NCBI GenBank assembly: GCA_902625125.1
Contig: CACOAB010000003.1
Span: 4,849 to 68,848, forward strand
Direction: 5' to 3'
Source of the DNA: an uncultured Pelagibacteraceae bacterium
Lineage (GTDB): Bacteria > Pseudomonadota > Alphaproteobacteria > Pelagibacterales > Pelagibacteraceae
DNA length: 64,000 nt
Below the pieces are notes generated by a model. It was not told the DNA's origin, did not search any database, and saw only the letters and a program-made list of their open reading frames with translations. The translations under genes were made by a program, and so were the position numbers. Below are positions 39,424 to 50,152 of this stretch, piece after piece (positions within the stretch are counted from its first letter, which is position 1; each line of letters begins with the position of its first letter).

Positions 39424-40244
39424 TGACTAATCATAAAGTAAAATGTTCAAATTTTGAAATAGCTAACGATAAGCCATTTACTTTAATTGCCGGACCTTGT
39501 CAGTTAGAAAGTGAAGAACATGCGTTAAAAATTTCTTCAGAGCTAAAAAAAATTACTAGCGATCTTGGAATTAACTTAATTTATAAAACTTCATTTGATA
39601 AAGCAAACAGAACAAGTCTAAAAGGTAAAAGAGGCATGGGACTAGACAAATCATTACCTATTTTTGATAAAATTAGAAAAGAAGTAGGATTACCTGTTTT
39701 AACAGACATCCACACAGCAGAACAATGTTCTATGGTTGCTAATCATGTAGATGTTTTGCAAATCCCAGCGTTTCTCTGTCGTCAAACAGATTTATTAATA
39801 GCTGCTGCTAAAACCGGAAAAATAATTAATGTAAAAAAAGGGCAATTTTTAGCACCATGGGATATGGCAAATGTAATTAAAAAAATCGAAGACTCTGGAA
39901 ATAAAAATATTCTTATAACAGAGAGAGGAGCTAGTTTTGGATATAATACGCTCGTTTCTGACATGAGAGCTCTACCGATCATGTCAAAATTTGGTTTTCC
40001 AATTGTTTTTGACGCTACACATTCAGTTCAACAACCTGGGGGCATGGGTGAAAAAAGTGGAGGACAAAGAGAATTTGTTCCTTATTTAGCTCGAGCTGCA
40101 ATAGCTGTTGGAGTCGGAGCAATTTTTATGGAAACACATGAAGATCCTGATAACGCGCCATCAGATGGTCCAAATATGGTGCCATTAGATGAAGTAAAAG
40201 TATTATTAAAAAAATTAACTGAAATAGACAAGTTAGTTAAATAA
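39423..40244 (+). CDS. kdsA: KDO 8-phosphate synthase
   Basis: [29 protein letters not shown] and [11 protein letters not shown] motifs. Confidence 0.98.
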   Translation: MTNHKVKCSNFEIANDKPFTLIAGPCQLESEEHALKISSELKKITSDLGINLIYKTSFDKANRTSLKGKRGMGLDKSLPIFDKIRKEVGLPVLTDIHTAEQCSMVANHVDVLQIPAFLCRQTDLLIAAAKTGKIINVKKGQFLAPWDMANVIKKIEDSGNKNILITERGASFGYNTLVSDMRALPIMSKFGFPIVFDATHSVQQPGGMGEKSGGQREFVPYLARAAIAVGVGAIFMETHEDPDNAPSDGPNMVPLDEVKVLLKKLTEIDKLVK

Positions 40245-40248
40245 TAGA

Positions 40249-41505
40249 ATGGTAAAAATCAAAAGCGTTAAAGGTCGACAAGTATTTGACAGTAGAGGAA
40301 ATCCCACTGTTGAAGCTGAAATCTTTTTAGATAACGGTATGTCAGCTACTGCTATATCACCATCTGGCGCCTCCACAGGTGCATTCGAAGCTCATGAATT
40401 AAGAGACAAAGATCAAAATAAATTTTTAGGTAAAAGTGTTAATATTGCTGTACAAAATATAAATAACAAAATTTCTAATAAACTGAAAAATTTAGAATTT
40501 AATCAACAAGAAAATATCGATAAAATTTTATTAGAGCTAGATGGTAGTGAAAATAAAACTAACCTTGGTGCAAATACAACATTAGCGGTTTCTTTAGCCT
40601 ACGCAAAGTGTTCAGCGATCGCAAATAAACAATCACTTTATAAAAATTTAGGTAATTCTTATTCTATACCTCTACCATTGATGAATATTATTAATGGGGG
40701 CGCACATGCTGATAATGATTTAAATATTCAAGAATTTATGATTAGACCTGACTCTGCTACAAATTTTATAGATGCTATAGAAAAATGTTATCTAGTAATA
40801 CAGAACCTAAAAAAACTATTACAATCTAAAAAAATGTTAACGAATGTTGGGGATGAAGGTGGTTTCGCTCCATCAATAAATTCTAACGAAGAAGCTTTAA
40901 ACTTAATAGTTCAGGCCATAGAAAAATCTAAGTTAAAACCAGGTAACGATATCGTGATTTGTTTAGATGTGGCTGCAAATGAACTCATAAATGAAAAAGG
41001 AGAATATTCAGTTCAATCTTCTAGTTTTATGCCTGTAGATGATGTTATAAAATATTACAAAGAATTAACATCTAATTACCCGATTAAATCTATTGAAGAT
41101 CCTTTTGCAGAAGAGGACTGGAAATCTTGGAAAAAAATTACTACTTCAATTGGAAGTAAAGTTCAAATTGTTGGTGATGATTTATTTGTAACAAATTCAA
41201 AAAGACTTAAAAATGGTATTAAAGAAAAATCCGCTAATAGTATTTTAGTAAAACCAAACCAAATTGGAACTTTGACTGAAACTCTAGAAGTTATTTCAAT
41301 GGCAAAAAAAGCAAATTTCAACACCATAATTTCACATCGATCTGGAGACACAGAAGACACGTTTATAGCTGATTTGGCAGTAGCTACTAAGTCCTCGCAA
41401 ATTAAAACAGGTTCATTAGCAAGATCTGAAAGAGTGGCTAAATACAATAGATTATTACGCGTCGAAGAAGAACTTGGCAATCAAGTCAAAATGGCTAGAA
41501 TCTAA
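40249..41505 (+). CDS. eno: Enolase
   Basis: DSRGNPTVE, PSGASTG, GDEGGFAP, KPNQIG and SHRSGDTED motifs. Confidence 0.98.
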   Translation: MVKIKSVKGRQVFDSRGNPTVEAEIFLDNGMSATAISPSGASTGAFEAHELRDKDQNKFLGKSVNIAVQNINNKISNKLKNLEFNQQENIDKILLELDGSENKTNLGANTTLAVSLAYAKCSAIANKQSLYKNLGNSYSIPLPLMNIINGGAHADNDLNIQEFMIRPDSATNFIDAIEKCYLVIQNLKKLLQSKKMLTNVGDEGGFAPSINSNEEALNLIVQAIEKSKLKPGNDIVICLDVAANELINEKGEYSVQSSSFMPVDDVIKYYKELTSNYPIKSIEDPFAEEDWKSWKKITTSIGSKVQIVGDDLFVTNSKRLKNGIKEKSANSILVKPNQIGTLTETLEVISMAKKANFNTIISHRSGDTEDTFIADLAVATKSSQIKTGSLARSERVAKYNRLLRVEEELGNQVKMARI

Positions 41506-41508
41506 TTA

Positions 41509-41802
41509 ATGAAGCTTATTGAAAGTTTAAAAAAAAAGAAATTTCTTTTGTTTAATATATTTTTTACCCTTTATATTGGCATCAATTTAATTGGAGGAGA
41601 AAGAGGATTGATCTCTTATTTTGATAAAAAAAATACTTACGAAGAATTGATTGAGGAGGAAAAAGTATTATCAGCAAATTTAAAAGATTTAGATCATAAA
41701 ATTTCATTAATAAATAAAAATGATCCAGATTACTTAGATTTACTATATAGACAGAAATTTAACTATGTAACTGAAGATGAAATAATAATTAAATTAAAAT
41801 GA
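41509..41802 (+). CDS. ftsB: Septum formation initiator (FtsB/DivIC family)
   Basis: Single TM helix, GERG, coiled coil and DPDYLD; directly after eno. Confidence 0.8.
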   Translation: MKLIESLKKKKFLLFNIFFTLYIGINLIGGERGLISYFDKKNTYEELIEEEKVLSANLKDLDHKISLINKNDPDYLDLLYRQKFNYVTEDEIIIKLK

Positions 41803-42743
41803 GTGAAAAGCCGAGACATCCAGAAAAGGTAAACAAACCAATTAATCCAATTAAGAAAAAACCTGATTGGATAAGATCTAAAATAGTAGACTCTCAAGTT
41901 TTCTTCCAAACTAAAAAAGTTGTTAACCAAAACAATCTTGTAACAGTTTGCCAGGAAGCAAATTGTCCGAATATTACTGAATGTTGGAGTAAAAAACATG
42001 CAACTTTTATGATTATGGGAGACACTTGTACAAGAGCTTGTGCGTTCTGTGATGTTAAAACTGGAAAACCATCTGACCTTGACATATTTGAGCCTTCGAA
42101 AATTTCTAATGCAGTAAAAGATTTAAATTTAAAACACGTGGTTATAACATCTGTTGATAGAGATGATCTTGAGGATGGAGGATCAGAACATTTTTACAAA
42201 GTTGTTAAGGCCACAAGAAAAAAAAATCCCAAAACCTCTATAGAAGTTCTAACACCAGATTTTCTAAGAAAAGGTGACGCCTATAAAAAAGTTTTGGAAG
42301 CAGACTTTGATGTTTTCAATCATAACATAGAAACAGTCCCAAGACTTTATACTAGAGTAAGACCTGGTGCACGTTATTTTGCTTCATTAGAGCTTCTTAA
42401 AAATGCAAAGGTGTTTAATAAAAAAGTTTTTACAAAGTCAGGTATTATGGTTGGCTTAGGTGAAACAAAAGAGGAAGTGGTACAAGTAATGGATGATTTA
42501 AGATCAGCAGAAGTTGATTTTATAACAATCGGACAATATCTCCAACCCTCGTCAAAACATCACCCTTTAAGTCGGTATTATCATCCAGATGAATTTAAAG
42601 AATTTGAAAATATAGCAAAAACAAAAGGCTTCTTACTTGTTTCTTCATCTCCGTTAACCAGATCATCGTATCATGCTGATGAAGATTTCAGACGATTACA
42701 GGATGCAAGAAATAAAAAGCTTGAATGTCATCCGCAACAATAA
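41799..42743 (+). CDS. lipA: Lipoyl synthase
   Basis: [26 protein letters not shown] and RSSYHA motifs. Confidence 0.98.
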   Translation: MSEKPRHPEKVNKPINPIKKKPDWIRSKIVDSQVFFQTKKVVNQNNLVTVCQEANCPNITECWSKKHATFMIMGDTCTRACAFCDVKTGKPSDLDIFEPSKISNAVKDLNLKHVVITSVDRDDLEDGGSEHFYKVVKATRKKNPKTSIEVLTPDFLRKGDAYKKVLEADFDVFNHNIETVPRLYTRVRPGARYFASLELLKNAKVFNKKVFTKSGIMVGLGETKEEVVQVMDDLRSAEVDFITIGQYLQPSSKHHPLSRYYHPDEFKEFENIAKTKGFLLVSSSPLTRSSYHADEDFRRLQDARNKKLECHPQQ

Positions 42744-43168
42744 AAAAAATCATTCCTTGTAAAAAAGATCAACTCATCAAAATGGTGCTTGATATTGAAA
42801 AATATCCTGATTTTGTCCCTTGGTGCATTGAAGGAAAGATTTATGAAAAAAATGAAAGTCCAGATCTTATTACTTTCAATGGGGATTTAAAAGTTGGTAA
42901 AAGTATTTTAAATGAAACTTTTTCCAGTTATGTTTCTTATCATAAGGAAACTGATAAAATCATTGTTACGAATTTAGATGGTCCTTTAAAACATTTAAAA
43001 AATGAATGGCATTTCAAAGAGATAAATAACAGTACACAATTAGAATTTTTTATTGATTTTGAATTAAAAAATCCGATATTAAATGGAATTATGAAGAAAT
43101 CTTTTGAGCTTGGTTTAAATAAAATTGCAAAAGCTTTTGAAGAAAGAGCGATTCAATTATACAAATAA
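42725..43168 (+). CDS. ratA: RatA/Coq10 START-domain protein
   Basis: [26 protein letters not shown] and AFEERA motifs; located after lipA. Confidence 0.9.
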   Translation: MSSATIKKIIPCKKDQLIKMVLDIEKYPDFVPWCIEGKIYEKNESPDLITFNGDLKVGKSILNETFSSYVSYHKETDKIIVTNLDGPLKHLKNEWHFKEINNSTQLEFFIDFELKNPILNGIMKKSFELGLNKIAKAFEERAIQLYK

Positions 43169-43479
43169 TGGCACTTGTTACATTTTTATTAATAGTTTTA
43201 ATCTTTACGTTTAAAAATCTAGCTTCATATATTAAAAAGATTAGAACTGGCGATCCAAATGAAAGCAATCTAACTTATTGGATGTTTTCTTATGATTTTA
43301 AATCTTTTAATAAAGAATGGGTGCCTGAAAATAAAAATCTTTTAGAAAAAAAAAGGACAAGAAATTTCTTAGTTTTTATTCTTTATCTCAATGCTTTTGG
43401 AATATTCTTATTGTTAAATAGTTTTACAGCCCATTTATTAAATTTTATAGTGAATCCAGAATTCAGTTACCCTATTTAA
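43168..43479 (+). CDS. Hypothetical two-TM membrane protein
   Basis: 103-aa ORF coupled to ratA by TAATG; fills the gap to cinA and has two hydrophobic segments. Confidence 0.7.
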   Translation: MALVTFLLIVLIFTFKNLASYIKKIRTGDPNESNLTYWMFSYDFKSFNKEWVPENKNLLEKKRTRNFLVFILYLNAFGIFLLLNSFTAHLLNFIVNPEFSYPI

Positions 43480-43942
43480 TTAATTTCAATAATAAATTTA
43501 ATGATTTTTTCACTGTTTGTTTTTGAATAGAGATTCTACCTTTATTTTTAAAATTGCATTTATTAACGAAAATTTTTTTTCCGAATTTAATTCCAATATA
43601 AACTAAACCTACTGGTTTTTGTTTAGATCCACCTTTAGGACCAGCTATCCCAGTAATTGATATACAGACTTTTGATTTACTAATTTTGCTTAAATTATTG
43701 ACCATAGATAAACAACATTTAACACTTACAGCACCATATTTTTTAATTAATTTTTGAGATACATTTAAGATACTTGTTTTGGCATGGTTTGAGTAAGTAA
43801 CTAATCCCATTGTAAATACTTTAGATGATCCATTAACAGATGTGATGGCACTAGATAGCATTCCTCCCGTACAAGACTCCGCAATCGCAAGATTTATCTT
43901 TTTTCTTTTAAGCAATGAAACTATTTTTTTATTTAAATTCAT
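43472..43942 (-). CDS. cinA: CinA C-terminal domain protein (NMN deamidase PncC family)
   Basis: AESCTGG, YSN..K, GAVS and ITGIAGPKGGSKQKPVGLVYI motifs. Confidence 0.92.
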   Translation of the reverse strand: MNLNKKIVSLLKRKKINLAIAESCTGGMLSSAITSVNGSSKVFTMGLVTYSNHAKTSILNVSQKLIKKYGAVSVKCCLSMVNNLSKISKSKVCISITGIAGPKGGSKQKPVGLVYIGIKFGKKIFVNKCNFKNKGRISIQKQTVKKSLNLLLKLIK

Positions 43943-44445
43943 TAGAAAAATTTTGATTTAATTAGCATAAAAATTATTAATGTAAGAACTACATATAGCC
44001 CTGCGACTACATCATCCAATATTACCCCAAAGCTGTTTTTGAATTTTTTATCAAAAAAATTAACTGGGAATGGTTTTTTGATATCAAAATATCTGAACAA
44101 AATAAAAATATATAAATAAAATAAAACTGCTTCTTGTGAGTTTTTTACTGTTCCATGGGAAATTTCATAAAGATAAATTGGAATAGATTGTCCGATGAAT
44201 TCATCTACCACTACTTCTTTAGGATCTTTATTTTCATTAGACTTTATATATTCAGACACAGCATAAAATGAATAAATAAAAACTATTATTAAAATAATTA
44301 AAATAATATTTTTAGATAGACCCACTATGTGAAATAAGCTGTATAAAAAAATTGTCGTTACTAGTGACGTTATTGTTCCAGGAGCATATCTTAACGATCC
44401 AATACCAAAACAAGTAACAAATAAGTAATTAATTGTTTTAATCAT
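43942..44445 (-). CDS. pgpA: Phosphatidylglycerophosphatase A
   Basis: APGT, DPKEVVVDEFIG, FRYFDIKKP and GVILDDVVAG motifs. Confidence 0.95.
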   Translation of the reverse strand: MIKTINYLFVTCFGIGSLRYAPGTITSLVTTIFLYSLFHIVGLSKNIILIILIIVFIYSFYAVSEYIKSNENKDPKEVVVDEFIGQSIPIYLYEISHGTVKNSQEAVLFYLYIFILFRYFDIKKPFPVNFFDKKFKNSFGVILDDVVAGLYVVLTLIIFMLIKSKFF

Positions 44446-45583
44446 ATTTGATTACCGATGTTATAACTTCACAAGCAATAGCTTTTTCTTTTCCTATAAC
44501 CCCAAGTTTTTCAGTGGTTTTTCCTTTAATATTTATTTGACCATTTGAAATTTCACAAAATTTAGCAATATTATTTATCATTTTGTTTTTATAATTTTTA
44601 ATTTTGGGTGTTTGAGCAATAATATTAATATCGATATTATTTATATAATAACCTTTAGATTTAATTTGTTGTATTACCTTTTGAAGTAAAATTGACGATC
44701 TTATGTTTTTAAATTTTTTACTTTTATCAGAAAACATTTGGCCAATATCACCCATTTTACAAGCACCTAAAATTGCATCAGTCACCGAGTGAAGAACTGG
44801 GTCTCCATCTGAATGGCCTAATGTTCCAAGTTTTGATTTTATTCGTAAACCAGCTAAATAAAGTTTTCTTTTTGGCACTAATCTGTGTACATCAAATCCT
44901 ATTCCAACACTTTGTATAGATTTATAAATTTTTTTTAGGTTCTCAAAATCTGATTTATCTGTAATCTTAAAATTATTCTTTTCACCATCAATAAATTTAA
45001 CTTTATTTAGATCCATATATAAAGAGATATCATCATCTTTATATTTTCCAGAATTAGTTTTATGCAAATGATAAATCTCTTTTAAATTGAAAGCTTGAGG
45101 TGTTTGAGTTAAAAATAAATTATCTCTTTTTCTCCCAATTATATATTCTTCTTTGCTAGACTCTATAATTTGTTTAATTGCATCTTGAACTTTTATTACA
45201 GGCACAACCGCTCTAGCATTTCTCATAGCGCTTAGTATAGTACTTAAAAGTTTTGTTGAAAAATTAGGTCTTGCAACATCATGAATTAAAACTTTTGACG
45301 TTCCTTTTTGGCTTACTAAATATTTTAAAGCGTTAAAGGTGGATTCTTTTCTGCTTTTTCCACCAGCTATCAATTTCACATTTTTAAGCCTAAGTGATTT
45401 GACTCGTTTTGAGTCCTTTTTGTTAAATACAAGAATAATATTTTTAATTTGTTTAAATTTACGCGCTTTAATAACGTTAATTTCAATTAATGATTTGCCT
45501 GCTATTTTTTGATAAGGTTTGCCAATATTAGACCCAAATCTATGGCTATTACCTCCAGCAAGAATGATTAAACAAAAACTCAT
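44438..45583 (-). CDS. ispDF: Bifunctional IspD/IspF (MEP cytidylyltransferase / MEcPP synthase)
   Basis: IspD motifs HDVARP, QTPQAF and KIT, followed by IspF motifs GFDVH, HSDGD, GDIG and KTTEKLG. Confidence 0.95.
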   Translation of the reverse strand: MSFCLIILAGGNSHRFGSNIGKPYQKIAGKSLIEINVIKARKFKQIKNIILVFNKKDSKRVKSLRLKNVKLIAGGKSRKESTFNALKYLVSQKGTSKVLIHDVARPNFSTKLLSTILSAMRNARAVVPVIKVQDAIKQIIESSKEEYIIGRKRDNLFLTQTPQAFNLKEIYHLHKTNSGKYKDDDISLYMDLNKVKFIDGEKNNFKITDKSDFENLKKIYKSIQSVGIGFDVHRLVPKRKLYLAGLRIKSKLGTLGHSDGDPVLHSVTDAILGACKMGDIGQMFSDKSKKFKNIRSSILLQKVIQQIKSKGYYINNIDINIIAQTPKIKNYKNKMINNIAKFCEISNGQINIKGKTTEKLGVIGKEKAIACEVITSVIKYD

Positions 45584-45631
45584 GGTATTAACTTATATTA
45601 TATTTATATAGATATTTAATGGTTATTTAAG

Positions 45632-47410
45632 ATGTTTAAGATAATTAAAAATTTTAATTGGATTATTTTGTCCTCATTTTTGTGTATTTTTATGGGGATC
45701 GTCACTTTTTTAACCTTTATTGATGAAGGTTTCGTTACTTTAACTGATAAAAATTTACAAACATTGTTAATAATTGATATTTTTTTGTTATTAATCTTTT
45801 TTACTTTAATATTTCGAAATTTTTATAGATTTTATTATACAGGTAAAAAAAATAAAAAAGGATCACAGACAAATTTAAAATATATTTCTGTTTTCTCTTT
45901 ATTTACTGTAATACCATCTCTAATTGTTGCTATTTTTTCATTATTTATATTCAATTTTGGAATTCAAAACTATTTTGATAAGCAAATTACTAGAGCAGTT
46001 AATAATTCATTTGATGTAGCCAAAAATTATCTAGAAGAAAGTAAGGAAAATGTTTTATCAGACGTTATTTTAATGAGTGTTGGTCTTAACCGAGCATCAG
46101 GTTTTTATTACTCTAACCCAAATCGATTTAAACAAATTATAAGATCAGAAAAAATTTTACGGAGAATTGACGACATTTATTTAATAGATAGTTTAGGCAA
46201 TGTACTCTTATCTGATGTGAGAGATATTACAGAGGAATTTGTTATACCTTCTGATGAAGATTATGATCAAGCTTTGGAAGGAAAACCAGTTTTTGTTACA
46301 GGGAATTTAGAAAATAAAACCACTGTAATGACAAAACTTACATCACTTGTGGACACTTATTTGTATATTTCTAGAAATATAGATGAAGAAATTTTGAGAT
46401 ATCTTAATGAAACTGAGCAAGCAGTAAGTTTTTACTATTCCGTTGAAAACTCTCAAACGGGTATTAAAGTAACATTTGCAATTATCTATATAATTGTTGT
46501 TACTCTATTATTATTTTTATCAACTTCAATAGCTATTACTTTTGCATCGAGATTAACAAAACCAATTATAAATTTAATAAGTGCATCGGACTCTATAAGC
46601 AAAGGAGCTTTGGATGTTAAAGTACCTGAACTTGAAACTGATGAAGAGCTTAAACTTCTTAATAAAAATTTTAATCAAATGATAGAAAGACTAAAAGAAC
46701 AGCAAGATAAATTATTAATTACTGAAAGATATGAAGCATGGGAAAGTGTTGCGAGAAAGTTAGCTCATGAAATTAAAAATCCTTTAACACCAATACAACT
46801 CTCCATTGATAGTTTAAGAGAAAAATATAAAAACAAATTGACACAAGATGGAAGTAATTTTGAAAAATATTTAGAAACAATTAATAGGCAAATAAAAGAT
46901 ATTGAAAAACTTGTTAATGAATTTTCAAATTTTGCTAGAATGCCAAGACCAATTTTAAAAAAAATAAATTTAACTAAATTAATAAATAAGACTCTAGATT
47001 TTATAAAACTAACATCAAAAAGCTCAATTAACCTGATTAACACTAAAGACGACAAATTTATTAACGGTGATGAAGATCAATTAAATAGGGTTTTTATTAA
47101 TCTTATTAAAAATTCAGAAGAGTCTTTTGAAGACATGAAGCAGAAAGAGCCTAATTTTAAAGGAAATATTGACATAGAAATAGGAAGCAATAATGACTAT
47201 ATAATCATTATAATGAATGATAATGGCACAGGAATTACCGATGCCAAAAAAGCAATGACCCCTTACTTTACAACAAAAAAAACAGGGACAGGTTTAGGAC
47301 TGCCAATTGTCACAAAGATAATAAATGAACACAATGGAAATTTTTCAATTAAAAATAAAAGAGATAACAAAGGTACTATAATTAAAATATCATTACCTAA
47401 ACATGATTAA
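45632..47410 (+). CDS. ntrY: Sensor histidine kinase NtrY (no PAS domain)
   Basis: Three N-terminal TM helices, periplasmic domain, TM and HAMP, then AWESVARKLAHEIKNPLTPIQLS, EFSNFARMP and PYFTTKKTGTGLGL; paired with ntrX. Confidence 0.9.
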   Translation: MFKIIKNFNWIILSSFLCIFMGIVTFLTFIDEGFVTLTDKNLQTLLIIDIFLLLIFFTLIFRNFYRFYYTGKKNKKGSQTNLKYISVFSLFTVIPSLIVAIFSLFIFNFGIQNYFDKQITRAVNNSFDVAKNYLEESKENVLSDVILMSVGLNRASGFYYSNPNRFKQIIRSEKILRRIDDIYLIDSLGNVLLSDVRDITEEFVIPSDEDYDQALEGKPVFVTGNLENKTTVMTKLTSLVDTYLYISRNIDEEILRYLNETEQAVSFYYSVENSQTGIKVTFAIIYIIVVTLLLFLSTSIAITFASRLTKPIINLISASDSISKGALDVKVPELETDEELKLLNKNFNQMIERLKEQQDKLLITERYEAWESVARKLAHEIKNPLTPIQLSIDSLREKYKNKLTQDGSNFEKYLETINRQIKDIEKLVNEFSNFARMPRPILKKINLTKLINKTLDFIKLTSKSSINLINTKDDKFINGDEDQLNRVFINLIKNSEESFEDMKQKEPNFKGNIDIEIGSNNDYIIIIMNDNGTGITDAKKAMTPYFTTKKTGTGLGLPIVTKIINEHNGNFSIKNKRDNKGTIIKISLPKHD

Positions 47411-48770
47411 AGAAATTCTAGTCATAGACGACAATCCAGATATTAGATTTTTGGTTTGCAATATTTTAGAAGAACAAAATTTTAAAGTTAGAACTGCCGC
47501 TAATTTCGATCAGGCAGTTTTAGAAATTAATAGGCGAATACCAGATTTAGCAATAGTCGACATTAAATTAGATAAACCAGATAAAGATGGAATAGACTTA
47601 TTAAAATTGATAATAAAAAAAAATAAGAATACCCCAGTCATTATGATCTCAGGACATGCTACAGTTAAAGTCGCTGTTGAAGCAATTAGATTGGGTGCCT
47701 ATGAATTTATAGAAAAACCTTTTTCAAAAGAAAAGATAATTAATTATGTCAATAGAGGCCTAGAGTCCTCATCACTTAAGAACGAAAAAGATATAATTGA
47801 AAATAAATTATTTCACTCATTTGACCTGATTGGAAAAAGTTCAGATATAACTAAAGTTAAAAAAATTATTGAAAAATTATCTTCATCAGAAAGTAGAGTA
47901 TTGATTTCTGGACCTACAGGCTCTGGAAAGGAATTGGTTGCGAGAAAGATTCATAAAAATTCAATTAGAGTTAAAGAACCTTTTGTGATTATTAATGCAG
48001 CGCTTTTAAAAGAAAAAACTTATGAAAAAGAATTATTTGGTGAAGAATTTGAAGATGGAAATATTTCATTTGGATCATTAGAAAGAGCTAATAGGGGAAC
48101 ATTATTAATTGATGAAGTCTCTGAAATTCCATATGAAACTCAAGCAAATGTTTTAAGAGTGCTTATTGATCAAAAATTTAAACGTGTTAATGGGTCAAAA
48201 GATATAAATGTTAATATAAGATTAATCTCCTCAACATCAAAAGATCTCAGTCAGTTAGTTAGAGACAACAAATTTCGAGAGGATCTTTACCATAGGTTAA
48301 ATGTAATGCCAGTAGAACTTACGTCTCTTTCATCAAGAACTGAAGATATTCCTTTATTAATAGAATACTTTAAAACAAAACTTTCTGAAATTAATGGAGT
48401 TCAAAAACCAGACATCGATATTAATAATGATAGTTTGTATACATACAACTGGCCAGGAAATGTTAGAGAATTGAGAAATTTAGTTGAGAGAATTACGATT
48501 TTATCTTCAAATGAAAGTAAACAAAAAATTAATCAATTAATAAATGATATTCTTAATCCTTCATCAAAAATTTTAGAGGAAACAAGTATTTTAACTCAAT
48601 CGTTCCAAGCACCATTAAAAGAAGCCAGAGAACATTTTGAAAAAGAATATTTAACGACCCAACTAAAAAAACATCATGGAAATATATCTAAAACTGCAGA
48701 TTTTATAGGTATGGAAAGATCTGCCCTTCACAGAAAATTAAAATCTTTAGGAATTAAAGGAATAAATTAA
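47403..48770 (+). CDS. ntrX: Response regulator NtrX (REC-AAA+-HTH)
   Basis: MISGH, GPTGSGKE, FREDLYHRLNV, WPGNVRELRN and GMERSALHRKLKSLG motifs; no GAFTGA. Confidence 0.93.
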   Translation: MIKEILVIDDNPDIRFLVCNILEEQNFKVRTAANFDQAVLEINRRIPDLAIVDIKLDKPDKDGIDLLKLIIKKNKNTPVIMISGHATVKVAVEAIRLGAYEFIEKPFSKEKIINYVNRGLESSSLKNEKDIIENKLFHSFDLIGKSSDITKVKKIIEKLSSSESRVLISGPTGSGKELVARKIHKNSIRVKEPFVIINAALLKEKTYEKELFGEEFEDGNISFGSLERANRGTLLIDEVSEIPYETQANVLRVLIDQKFKRVNGSKDINVNIRLISSTSKDLSQLVRDNKFREDLYHRLNVMPVELTSLSSRTEDIPLLIEYFKTKLSEINGVQKPDIDINNDSLYTYNWPGNVRELRNLVERITILSSNESKQKINQLINDILNPSSKILEETSILTQSFQAPLKEAREHFEKEYLTTQLKKHHGNISKTADFIGMERSALHRKLKSLGIKGIN

Positions 48771-48773
48771 AAA

Positions 48774-50147
48774 ATGAATATAATTATATGTGGAGCCGGT
48801 AAGGTAGGCTTATCAATTAGCAAACAACTATCTGCACAAGGCCATTCAGTGACCGTCATAGACCAATCATCTGAAGACATAAAAAGAATTAACGATACAC
48901 AAGACGTAAAAGGTATAGTCGGTAGGGCATCCTTGCCATCTGTGCTTGAAAATGCTGGCGCAGAAAAAGCTGACATGATTATTGCTGTAACAAGAAATGA
49001 TGAAACAAATATGATTGTTTGTCAGTTGGCAAGTTCATTATTTAATGTTTCTAAAAAAATAGCACGTATTAGAACAAAAGATTTTTTGGAAGGAAAATGG
49101 GGCAAACTTTATAACAAATCAAATATTCCAATTGATGTAATAATTTCACCAGAGCTAGAAGTAGCCAAATCATTATACAGAAGACTAGAAGCACCTGGCG
49201 CGCTAGATAATGTTCCATTTGGAAAAAACAAAGTAAAGATGTTAGAGATCTCAATCGAAAAAAACTGTCCAATTAAAAATATACCTTTAAAAAAATTAAC
49301 TGAAAAATTTCCTGATTTTAAGGCAAATATTCTGGGCGCTGTAAGAAAAGAAAAATTTATTTATTTTAAAAAAGAAGATCAAATGTTAGAAGATGATAAC
49401 GTTTACGTTGTCGTTAACAGCGATCAGCTTAACCCTATACTAAAAGCATTTGGACATGACGAAAAGATTGCTAAAAATGTTTTAATTATTGGTGGAGGAA
49501 ATATCGGTTTACAGCTTGCTAAAATGCTGGAAGAAAATTTTGAAGATGTAAGAATAAAAATAATAGAAAAAAATAAACAAAGAGCTGAAGAAATAGCAAA
49601 TGAACTTTCATCTTCTATTGTTATTAATGGTGATGCATTAGATGAAGAAATACTAAAAGAAGCCAATCTTGAAGGATCAGAAACAGTTTTAGCCTTAACT
49701 AATGATGATGAAAATAATATGATGGCTTGTGTTTTGGCAGAAAAAACAGGATTAAAAAAAAGAACAATCGCAATAGTTAACAAGACTAATTACAATCTTC
49801 TTCAAGACTCTCTTAATATAGATGATTTAGTAGACCCAAGAATGACTACTGTATCAAGAATTATGGAACATGTGCATAGAGGAAGTATTGGAACTGTATA
49901 TTCTTTATTAGATGGAGAATATGAATTTATTGAAGCAAAAATTTCTGAAAAATCTGAATTAATAAATAAAAAAATTCGAGACTCTAATTTACCTGAGGAT
50001 ATTAGAATTGGTGCAATTATTAGAAACGAGAAAGTTATAATTCCTAGATCTAATTTTATCTTTGAAAAAAATGATCTTATTGTATTTTTGGCTAAGAGAG
50101 AAGAATTGAAAGCGGTTGAAAATATTTTTAGTTTAGGCACTATTTAA
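48774..50147 (+). CDS. trkA: Trk potassium uptake NAD-binding subunit
   Basis: Two RCK domains (CGAGKVG, IGGGNIG); DETNM and DDENNM motifs. Confidence 0.95.
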   Translation: MNIIICGAGKVGLSISKQLSAQGHSVTVIDQSSEDIKRINDTQDVKGIVGRASLPSVLENAGAEKADMIIAVTRNDETNMIVCQLASSLFNVSKKIARIRTKDFLEGKWGKLYNKSNIPIDVIISPELEVAKSLYRRLEAPGALDNVPFGKNKVKMLEISIEKNCPIKNIPLKKLTEKFPDFKANILGAVRKEKFIYFKKEDQMLEDDNVYVVVNSDQLNPILKAFGHDEKIAKNVLIIGGGNIGLQLAKMLEENFEDVRIKIIEKNKQRAEEIANELSSSIVINGDALDEEILKEANLEGSETVLALTNDDENNMMACVLAEKTGLKKRTIAIVNKTNYNLLQDSLNIDDLVDPRMTTVSRIMEHVHRGSIGTVYSLLDGEYEFIEAKISEKSELINKKIRDSNLPEDIRIGAIIRNEKVIIPRSNFIFEKNDLIVFLAKREELKAVENIFSLGTI

Positions 50148-50152
50148 AATTA

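Noticed and set aside
47403-48770. Missing GAFTGA in the AAA+ regulator as a novelty
   Set aside because: A known property of NtrX proteins.
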